From the NCBI GenBank assembly GCA_002633005.1, contig NMRA01000290.1, forward strand, positions 485,974 through 549,973: a stretch of 64,000 nucleotides of DNA, read 5' to 3'. Made by a program: the position numbers and the translations under genes. This DNA is from Phoronis australis. Its lineage: Eukaryota; Animalia; Phoronida. Under the pieces are notes generated by a model. That model was not told where the DNA came from and did not search any database. It saw only the letters and a list, made by a program, of their open reading frames with translations. This document shows positions 26,001 to 38,000 of the stretch, in pieces (position 1 is the first letter of the stretch; each line of letters starts with the position of its first letter).

Positions 26001-29000
26001 CACCACTCACTTCCCGCAATGGGCTGCAGAGACGTTTCGTATCGCGACACCCCACATGGCATGCCGTCCAACATAAACGCGATAAGGATGTCGGCAAATG
26101 ATGTGTGTGGTGCACAGCACACAATAGGTGCCTCAGCCTTTGGTGCTGCTCTACCCCTCACTTTTATCCAGTGAACACCAAAGCAGAAGAATGTACATCG
26201 GGCTAACGCTGTTGCAGGAATTTTCAAAGACCTGAAAGAAGATGCATGATATTGCAGTTCAAAGTAACAGAAATCCGAAGCGAAGTGTGGTATTAAAGAC
26301 TGAATCAGTCTTTTCCATTCTCAGCAATGATGACAAACGTAATGAGTAATTTCTAAAGGCATTTCCCTCTTGCTTAAAGTGACTATAAACTTGAGAAGTG
26401 ACATTTTGATTTATACCACAAATTACTTACAAGAGCACCGCAAAGCATTTAAATGCTCCCACAACTGCACCGCAAATTGTATGGTTACAGAATGAGGTGT
26501 TTATTAGTATCATAAAAATTGCCAATTGATGACACACAGTATGTCGAACTGTTCTCATATTCATAGAAATATGCATGCCAAATACCACAAAGATCCTGCA
26601 AGTGGTTTGGCAGATACAACAGCACATGCAAAAACGGCACTAGGGCATAACAGTATTCAAACCAGTCAGAAAATCAATGTCATTTGTACTCTTATCAGTA
26701 GGAACATATCTGCCAATTTTTATAATCTTTTGAGTGGTCTGGTGTGTTTGAGATGTAGAAAAAAGTAACAGACTCAACAATAAAAAAAGGCCAATTGGTA
26801 GGACTATAGATTATCGACAACAGATTAACAACTACGATATTTTCCACTTTGAAATTCCCAGAGGAGGCCCCACGTATTTAAAATGCACACCTCAGCTTCA
26901 GCTTAGTGAGCAGACGACGTATTTGCTGGAAGTAAAACGGGCAATCACACCAGGTGCTACTAGCATCTCCATGGCCAATAGTGAAACTAATTGTAAACTG
27001 TAGTATTGTTGCTTACAGCTTGTGCCCAAGAACGCAGACCTTGTAAATTGAAAATATAGTTGGCAGTCCATGTTATAGTCTATGGTGGCACAAAATACAA
27101 TGAATCCATCCAAAAACAGAAAGGGGTTGTATAATAGAACCCTATTTGAGAAATAATATGAAAATCTGTCAAGAAACTCTGAAAATAGAGGCAAACGTAA
27201 AAAATATACGTAATTGACACTATGGGCCACAGCAGTAACTACATATATTGAAAAGCTGACGTTATCCATTGTCCCTATCTCCAGAAAATAATTTGACAAA
27301 TTTTACATACTAAGATTCTGGGAAGTGTTCAAGAGATACAGCTATGGACTCAAACATCAAATTGCCCTCGAAAGGTTTTGCAAAGAACTAAAAGTATGTT
27401 ATTCCTCGGTAAATACATAAACAAGAGCAACACTGAGAGTTGAAATGCGCCTAAGACTGCACCGCAAACGGTGTTGCAACTAGGGGTGTTTATTTGTATC
27501 ATAAACAAGAGCAACGCAGAGCACTGAAATGTGCCCACAAATGCACCGCAAACGGTATGCTTCTAGGAATACAGAGTTAAACTTAAAAAACTAAAATTGC
27601 CACTAGGGGGCACAGCAGCAGTCAGATCTGTCCGAAAGTCGTCGTTATCCGTAGTCAACTTCACATGAATACTCTTGCTAGATTAAGTTAAGATCCTGCG
27701 AATGGTTTAGGAGATACAGCCATAGGCGCAAAAAAACAAAACTGCCACTTGGACGTGCCACAGTAGTCAAAATCATCGGAAAATCATCGTCAATCGTCCT
27801 CTTTATAGTAAGCACATACATGCCAATTTTCACAATCATCCTTTGAGCGGTTTGGTTGATAGAGGGGTGGATGCAAAAGACACTCAAAAACAGTAAAAAT
27901 GGCCAATAGGTGGCGCAACCTACGTCCAATCGATCCGAAAATGAGAGGATATCGTCATCTCACTAATAGGTGCCTACATACCACATTTCATGAAAATCCG
28001 TTAAGGACTTTTGAAGATACAGAGGTAAACGTAAAAAAATAAAATCACCAATAGGGGGACACACCGTTAGTCCGATCTGTCCGAAAGTCGTTGTCGTTTG
28101 TTGTTAACATCATATAAATATACTTACTAAATTTCCTGCGAACGGTTTAGGAGATACAGCCATAGGCGCAAAAAAATGCCACGAGGAGGCGCCGCAGTAG
28201 TCGAAATCGTCGGAAAATCATCGTCCACCGTCCTCTTCATAGTAAACAATACATGACAATTCTCAAAATCATCCTTTGAGCAGTTTGGTTGATAGAGGGG
28301 TGGACGCCAAAAAACAGACTCGAAAACAGTAAAAATGGCCACTAGGTGGCGCAATACATCGAATCCATCTGAAAACAAGGGAATAGTTTCCTTTCACTAC
28401 TAAATGCCTAAATTCCAAATTTTATGAATCTACATCAAGGACTTCCGAAGATATAGAGGTAAGCGTAAAAAACTAAAATTGCCACTAGGGGACACACCGG
28501 TAGTCGGAGAGGTCTGAAATTTCTTCGTCATCTGTCGTCACCTTCATAGGAACACAACTGCCAAATCTCATCAAGATCCTGTGAGGGATTTAAGAGATAC
28601 AGCTGCGGATGCCGGACGCCTGGACAGACAGAGATGACGGCAATATGCGACCACATATAAATATGTGGGCGCATAAAAATCTGTCAAGGAACTTCAAAGA
28701 AACAAAGGAAAAATGAAATTGTCCTCTTCACACTGAGAGCATAATACAGCAATTTTCAAAATCATATTAGAATGGTTTGGTTGATCGAGGAGTGGACGTC
28801 AAAAAACAAACTCAGAAACAGCAAAAATGGCCAATAGATGGCGCAAAGTACCTCGATTCTATTCGAAAATGGAAAGAGAGCATCATCTTACCAAAAGATG
28901 CCTATACTCCAAATTTTCTGAAAATCCATCGAGGACCTTTGAAGATACAGAGGTAAACCTAAAAAACTAAAATTGCCACTAGGGGACACACCGGTAGTCA

Positions 29001-32000
29001 GATCCATCCGAAAGTTGTCGTCATCTGTTGTCAACATCATATAAATACACTTGCTAAATTTAGTAAAGACTCTGCAAACGATTTAGGAGATACGGCCATG
29101 GGCACAAAAAAAAACCCCGGCCACTAGGAGGCACTACAGAAGTCGAAGTCATCGGAAAATCATCATCAGCCGTCCTCTTTGTCAGTAGTAAAAACATACA
29201 TGCCAATTTTCACAATCATCCTTAGAGCGGTTTGGTTGACAGAGGGGTGGACGCCAAAAAACAAATTCGAAAACAGAAAAAAATGGCCACTAGGTGGCGC
29301 AAACGACATCAAATCCATCCAAAAACAAAAGGATAGTGTCATCTCGCTAATAGATGCCTATATGCAACACTATATTACGCAGAAGTACATACTTCCTCCA
29401 GCCTCTAAGTGGCTTGTCCCTGTCTTTCTCGGGAACTGTACACACAGCCAAGGCAGCGATTAAATAAGTGACCAGCATGAGAATAATAATAACAAGCAGT
29501 CTGATTGGGGCAATGGTCACTGACATTAGAGCCACCTGAAAAACAAACAAACCATACAGTAAATAAGAGTAATCAAAGAATGTATCTTGCAATATTATAT
29601 GTATCAATCAACAGAGGTAGCATGACTATAAACAAAGGAGATGACTCTATACATACTAGGAGTGGGGAGACGATATTTACACTTCCAAGTGACGACTTTT
29701 ATATTACAAAACAAACTACCAGCAGTTGAGTACTCTTAAAGATGCCCTTCACCCCAGTTTAGATGCCAATGCTGAATTCTCAACCAAAGCACTGTGAATT
29801 TTTTTAAAGAAACATTACCATGCTCACTCAATCTTTAATTATCGCCAAATGAGCTAGCAAATCGCCAATTCTCGCCATTGGCTTAAATCAGGGCCAGTGA
29901 CTTCACCACTAAAATACACTTAAAATACTCACTATTTACCAAATGGGGTTTAGCTCTACCAACAAAATGTCAGACTGAAACCACTTAGGTCGTGAGTTCG
30001 TATCGGTCTTAATAAACCACTTTCTCACGGAATGTGCCACTTTAATTGGCAGTTATACTTGGAAAGACTGTGCACAATTAAGTCATCAAATGTTACATAA
30101 ATAGGCTCCCCTATTCACATCTCCTCACTCTTTATGGATGGTGAAATGCCGAGATGAAACCTTAATTGGGCTATTACATGTTCAAGTCATTAGTCAATTA
30201 ACTGGGTGCAGACTCATCAAAATGAAGGCAGTGATATCACTAGCTGTTGTCTACATTTTTATTAGAGGGGGGGCTGACATTAGGGCAATAGCCAGAGACA
30301 GGGGTAGCGGATTTTAGGAACCAGTTTGATGCTTCTTATTCAGTGGAAAAAACTGGTTAATATCAAAATGTGTGCCCTGTAACTAGTGACACTAATAACC
30401 ATTAACAAGTAATTTTGGCTTTACCATGGTTTTGAGCGTCAGGGTAAATGTTTGTGCAAGAAAATTGCCTAGACTATCATCGTTTGATGTTAGCTGAGGA
30501 GCCAAGCTATTGTCAGTGTATACATGAACACCTACAGAAATGCTCAGGCATACCAAAGATCATAAATTGGAAGAAAACAGCTATGGAAGGAATGGCAATA
30601 ACTTTAATTTTCAAGTTTGACAAATAAAATATTTTATACTTCACTTCTTTTCAATACTACACATTTAAGTTAGATTTACTACGATTTTGTCATTCAAGAA
30701 AGTAAATCAAGGGATTAAACAAACACCTTTCAAACTGGCACCCTATTTTTTTACTAAACACTGGTTATGAAATTCTATCAGGCTGTCTCACCCTACTACT
30801 GAAATTGGTAATCAGACCAATACTGTGCTTAAAAAAGCAAAAAGGATTTATTAAAGGGAGACCCATAGGTGAGAACCTGAAAAACATTTATGACTTGACA
30901 CAATACATACAGGAAATTAATATTCCACGCCTCCTTGAACTAGTTAACTTTGTGAGGGCATTTAAACTCATTTCATGGAACTGCTTACATATTAAGCATT
31001 TAGTTTTTAAGAGTAGTGAACATTTTGTGGATTGGGTTCGTCTTCGTTTTTTCAATGGTTAAATAAGAAAGTGAGCTTATGCATATTAAATTTATCATGT
31101 CAGGATATTATCTTCAGCAAGTTTTCACGCTTGTGTCGAATACTTAAAATAGAAGTCTTGTAACATTACAAAACAGAAAAATACACATTCTACAAAAATT
31201 GCGAATATTCAGATTTTAACTACACATGATCTCCTACAGATATTTTATTTGTTGGTTAACATATATGTCTAAAAATCTAGGGAGGCCCCCTGAGTGAGTG
31301 TGCAAGAAACCTAACAAGTTTGAATGTATAGTCATTAATAAATACATATCAAAAATAGATAAAATAAGATCACAAGATGTTACAGTCTTTTACAAACATG
31401 AATACAGATTTGATTTCTACTACACACCGAAATTCAATCTACTCATCAACCGAGCACTTTCAGTTAAAAATTGTTTTGTTCTGAAATAGAAAACTCTGAA
31501 ACATTGTTATTTTAGTGGATAAAAATGTGAGATAAATCATTTGTATTAAGTAAATTTATTCCAGTCCCTAGCATATATAAATGTTTTTAGAGAATTAAAG
31601 ATATAATTGACAGATTATCATGGTAAGTGTGAGTGTACTGAGGCTAAGAGTGACGAGGAGTTATATCAAAGTTGCAGAATGGCAGCATGAAAATTATGTT
31701 ATTGAAAAATCTTTTGTTATGTGTTTTTATAATACCACCGGCATTACTCCAAGTACAGTAGCAGAAGAGGCTTCCTAAATGAAAAAGTTTGTTTAAACTT
31801 AAGAGGGTGTACCAAAAAAGTGAACAAAAATACTCTCGGAAACTAGTAAATGGTTTGATTGGGAAGTTACGGGATTTTTCTCATTCCAAGAATCTAAAAG
31901 TTTCCTTTGGAAGGCACAGATGTTGAGAAAAATGCTTTAGATAACTCCAATTGCAAACAAATAAAGAACAGTTTTTTTTTTCTATTCTCTGCACAGCTAC

Positions 32001-35000
32001 CTCTTGCTCCACATAATGAATACCTCATCAACAACTGCATTCTATGTTTATTGCGAGACTTTCAGAATGCAACGAAGGCTGATCGCAGTGACTCTTATCA
32101 CCACCGGGCTGTACCAGCACGAACTTTTTCTCAGAGGCAGGCGATAGGGGGACGTTTTAACTTCATGATGGCAATTTTACTTTGTATCTGACTAGATGCA
32201 TTTTAAACAATAGTTAAATTGCCTCTTTGTCCTCTAGAAGACACCGATATCTGGTCCAACAAGATCAAACACCACACTGTTACTCCCATTGAACTTGGTT
32301 TCCAAATTGAAATGCAGAATATACAGAAACACCTTCAAATAGTTTACCAGTAATTCAGTGTTCTCCATCTTGGCACAACAGCCTTGTTAAAAAATCAACA
32401 ATTTGTGTGCTGAAGCTGCACCACTGAATACGTTTGATGCCAAAACTAAAAACTTACGTTAAGCGAAACTAACTTTGGGATTCCAGAAAAAAATGATTTC
32501 CAGTAAAGCCATACACACACCTAAGAATTCATATTTTAGAATATTTTGTTTAGGAAATTTTGGGCCAGCCTGTAAATAAAGTTATGCAGGAGTCTAGAAA
32601 AGTGTCCAAATTTGACTAATTTCGGACCATCACATCTCAGAAATGGGGGATTGGATTCACATGAATCTTTCAGAAACTGTTCTACAACACTCATAAATCT
32701 AAAATGAAATGATAATTTAGGCAAGAGTAAATACAGCGTTTTTGAAATTTCATCTTGAAGATTATAACAAACAAAACATGGCCTTGTTACCGAAACCATT
32801 GTTTTGTTATCAAAATGTTCTACTTTTGCATAAGGGGCAATCAAAAATAAGACTTTTATGATCTTCATGAAAAAAACAATAGTGTTGCAAAAATGAAATT
32901 ATGATAACTTAGAAAACTGCAACAGCATTTTTGAAATTTAATTTTCAAGATTTTGTATCAAACGAAAATTCCTCTTGTTATGGATAATGTTGTTTTGGTA
33001 TTGATGTACCAATATTTTACTGGAAAAATTTGCTCACTTAATTCAATTAACGACAGATTGGCAAAAAGCAAAAATATCAAAATCTATGCCCACTTTCCTG
33101 TTATTACTTTCTAAAACTATCTATAATTTTGTAGATAATGGCTATTACATAGACTTGTCAAAGAGGTTTTGCATAAAATTAAATCTTCTGAAAAACAAAA
33201 ACCAAAAATACAGCATAAAAATGAGACTGAAAAAAGTACCAGCAGGATGTAAAGATGAATTTCGGGATGTCGATAAAGAACAGAGAAGCATAACGCATGG
33301 CGATGTGCTGCTGTAAAGGTTCAAGAAAACCTAAATTTGTGAACCCAAGTCACTTCAATTCCATGGCCCGGCCACAAGGTTGGGGCTGCGACACTTTGGC
33401 TGCAGAGTTAAGTGAATTTGTAAATTCAAATGTTTTGAAGTTGCTACTGCGGGACTGAACACCCATTATCCACTGCTTTGTACCGTAGCACATTAATTTT
33501 CAATTATTTATTCTTTAAAATTTAGTTATCCTACTCATTTTGTCTCATTGTTACTTAATTATAATCAGTGAAATGAGACTATTGGCTCACATTAACTGTT
33601 GTTCAAAAGTGAATTTCATTAAATACTGACTTGACTCCTGTTAGATTTCAGACTTTTCACGTTTTGTCCTTTGTTAGCGTAACAGGTACTGAAACTGAGA
33701 CAACATTGATTTGGACACATTTTATTACATGTTAAAGTCCACATTCAGTTGCACACATCCTATGTTACAGTTTCAGCATATCTATACAGTGCTGTATCAC
33801 TGCCAATATTAAATAAGAACACACTAGTTGTTGCACAAGAAGTTATTAGAAGCAACACATCAGATTTACACAACATTAAAACACTCAATGAAGTTCCAGA
33901 TTTGGTTGGCTTGACATGCTTTTTCTGGGTACGTAATGTTGCAATCACAGTTTAATTGTCCGATGAACAGTTAAATGGGATTTAAAAAACCATGGTTAAC
34001 AATTCCTGGAAAGTCGCAATCCAACTGCGACGAGACAATATATATGTGATCAGGATTTCCTTGAGACCAACCAGAATATGCTGCTTCAGTTTGCATTGAC
34101 TCGTTTCCTGTCATCACAGCTCCATCCGGCTGTGCAGTTGCTTTTCCCAAATCATTTGGAGATAGTGGAAGCTCATCTGAAATGGTGAGATTTTTTAGCA
34201 CAACTGACGAAGCATTGTCTAGCTGAAAAGTGGGGTTTGCAAATTCATAGCCAGTGATTTCATTGCTTGACAGTGCCGATGTACACGTTGGAGAGTAGGA
34301 TCTCACTTGCAGATGTGGGCTCAGTTGACCATCAGTTACATGAAGCTTTGATGGCATCAGAGGTGATGGTGCTGTCTCTCGAATTGAAGGTCGCGACGTT
34401 ATTCTGTTTCTGCTGCTTAGGTTATTCCCGCCTTTTACTAATGGATGCTGACCCCTATGTGCTGCTTCCAGGACAGACGACAGGTCATGTTTATATTCAA
34501 ATGTAGACATGGTAGGTTCCTGCGCTTTTGACATTTTATGTTGGCTGTCAACAGAAGAACTTAAAGGTTCCTCTGTATCCAGTTTGAATGAATTCTTCGC
34601 ATTTGCCTGTTTTGGCACACTTCCTAATATTTCAGGTGCCTTCTTAGATTTCCGTGCTTTTTCTGACTTATCTTCTTTCTTACCATGATTTGTTTTATAA
34701 AATTTTCCTCTTAGAATCCTTGTGCGAAATTGCAGCTCTCTAATTATATCCTTTTTGCAGACAAATGCCAGGAAAATGACAGAGCTCTCGCTTATCAAAC
34801 AGGTTTGGGCAGCAGCTTTTAAACCAGTATCACTAGAGTTTGCAAAGTACAGGAAATGCACAATCAAATTCAAGCTCATTATTATGGAACATGCCACATT
34901 GCGCAACGTATTCATCTTCTCTGCTCGGCTCATTTCAATTTTGTTCCTCGGGTCCTTTTCTCGGAAACTCTTGATCATTGTGACACAGCAGTTGCTATAT

Positions 35001-38000
35001 ATGAGGAAGTTGGTGAACATAAAACAAGCACAAGGCACGACAAAGAAAGAGAGCAGTGCTGGAACGGTAGATACGAAGCACTTGCCGGCACCGATCCCCA
35101 AGTTGAAACCCAGAATTTCCTGCTCACCCACATCCCCTATAAGAAATGTAAATAAGAATATAGGCCCTATGAAGAAGAGTGGTAGTATCCAACAGTAAAG
35201 GGTGTAAGTTATGTATTGTTTCTTGTGTGACTTCATTCCCTGGAAGTAGTGTGTGAGGTTCCACCAGTTATCGACGGCATTCATCTTCAACCACAAGAAG
35301 GTTGCCACCCAAAAGTACTCATTCATGGCGGCTCCGATTAAACACAGCATATCGTCGTCCTTTATGTTCAGGGTAAACATTGCAAATAGCTCGTGTGCAC
35401 CTTGAGAAAAACACATGTTGACAATGCAGTATCCTCCAGGTGTGCGCAGGCATGGCACAATGATGTAGATGACAGCTGTGGTGGTCAGCATGGCAATGCT
35501 AACTGAATAGAATATTTGGTCAATTAATTGAGATTCTGCATTCACAAGAACCTGAGTTGAGTTTGAAGGATTTGTAAATTGGCCGACTTGAGCCATCTCT
35601 GAATGTCGCAGCTAAACTGGAACTCTCTGAGTTGTCCTACCTTCTTTAAATGTGATAGCCAGCATGTGCCACAAGGCATTAATAATTAAGTATTTTCAAC
35701 ACCACATACCTGCATTAAAATAGCTCGCCTGGGCTATCAGCCAGCACATGTGGGCCCTCTATATAACATGATCGTGTGATAATGATTTTGTAGCAAGTCA
35801 GCAATTATGAAGAACCCCACGAGACGGAGTGGGCAAATTAATAACTTTCACTGCTACGTAACTAGAGTATGTTGAAAAAGAAATCAAAAACATTCAACGA
35901 GGATCAGGGGGCGATGCCCATTGGAGGGATTGGTAGAGATACAATGCCAACTCAGGTGGGTGTTTCTCCCTATCAGATATCACCTTAGGTAGGTATTTTG
36001 CCATCCCAGATATCATGCACAGGAACATTACATAACACCAGATGTTGGTTCAAGAAGTAGCTAGTCAATCATCTTACTTTCCTGGCTACCACCATTTTCC
36101 CCAAAACATGAATAGAAAGCAAGAGTTTTTTTTTCTGCCACTGAAAATGGTTTATCATGTTTTAATTGGGTAGACTGACTTAAGCAGACCAGTTAGACCT
36201 TATTTACAGTTTCAAAATGGCCATTATCACATTTAAAAACAAAAAAACTTGTTCTATAAAATTTTTCTGTCTAAAATCCTACTTTTTCATATATTTGAAG
36301 AATCTTTTCAAAATAACTCAGATGTATTCATTAGGAGTAGACCTACTTTAATATATAACTATGCCTATATCCATAAAAGAGAGGAAAATCTTTTTTATGG
36401 AACATCCCTCGAGTTGAAATCTGAATATAGGACTTCACTCTATGTATACTTCTTTGAAGATGGGTAGTCAAGCCTGAACAGCTTTAATTTATGATTCAAC
36501 ATTAACCTAATTGTGCTATTATACAACTTGGTCAGTTATGATAAATATGTTATACAATGTACGTGTTTGTACCAATGGTTATTACGAGATTCGTGATATG
36601 CAAAAGTATTTGAATGAGAGCGAAGTCGGAGTTCAAACAACGAATCGAGATATAATAATAGCACCTGGTACAAACATGTATGTTGAATAACGTATTTTTT
36701 ATCCTAATATGCACCCTGTTGAGGATTCTTTAAAGAAGTGGGTTTACACAGATTGCTCCGCTTGTTTTTGTGTCGTTTGTCATCTTTTATCAATGATGAT
36801 CACAGATCGCGTGACACGTATACATGCACGCAATATTTTCATGAATGAATTTTTTCAGCCCGCATGACACGGTAGTTCAAGTTGTATTTTATAACAGCTT
36901 CAGGCTTGGTATCCATAACTGCCATTTTCAGTATTTTCATCAGAGTTTGAGCTGAAACCTATTTCTGACGTTTTTCTTGACATCATTGCGTAATATCTGT
37001 GCAGGACACCCAGACGCTGTGGATGATGCACGTTCAGATGCTTCTTAAAAATGCTCCTTGTGCGCCGTTCTTACCAATTTTATGTAAGAAAATATTCAAA
37101 AATTTATCATAAAATTGACAAAAATACAGTGTTTACAGCAGTTGCAGTTTTGCTTTTGGGCTCGATGTATTTCGATTGTTCTGAGAACGAATTTCAAAAC
37201 TGACTCATATTTGACCAATCATGCAGAACCTCATCTGGTGTAGCACAATAGATGACCAAAAGGTGTCATGCATTGGTAATGTTTATTGCTTTCCTAATCC
37301 CAAATATATTGTGGCAAGTTCGAGACTTTTTGTGATTTAAACGCTCTATTCAGGTGCAAAACTACACGGCATATTAAAAAAAATTGCTGACAATATTTTT
37401 ATTTCACTTTAATGCTTAGTTTTAAAAAACGCATATCATAGTGTTGACATGTGAAAATTTTACGCACGGAGCTGAACACGATTGAAGCGATGCTATAAAT
37501 ACAATCATATTTCAGACGATTGTAGTGTATTATGAGCAAAGTAGGGAATATTGGCGAGAATGAAGGTGTCTGTATTCAACATGCGTTGAATACGGAGAAT
37601 CCATATTTAATGCTCACTAAATATGGAAAAGTAGTTCTTCCATTTCATACCACACAAAATGACCCGTACTTCATGGCCAGACTATCATGCGTACAGGATA
37701 GCTGTAAATAACTTTTAATAATTTATTTCAATAAAATGATAGAAATTAACAACACAAACGAGAGGAAAAAACCTCAGGTGTGATTAATTCAAAAAAATAA
37801 TCTCCAAAGTATGCAAATAACGGTACATTTTTCACAACTAACAAAAGGTTAACGCATACTATATTTGAAAGGCATGTTGTTCCAAAATGGGAAATAATAT
37901 GCTTATGTTTGAACTGTGTACAGATCACCACCAGTACGGGGTATGGGTTTTTCATCCCAAGATGATGCCCATTTACGTAGTTGTCTCAGTGGCAGATCTA

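Noticed and set aside
34267-35198. Plus-strand ORFs (79-158 aa) overlapping the GPCR
   Set aside because: Antisense shadows of the 541-aa ORF with no independent features.
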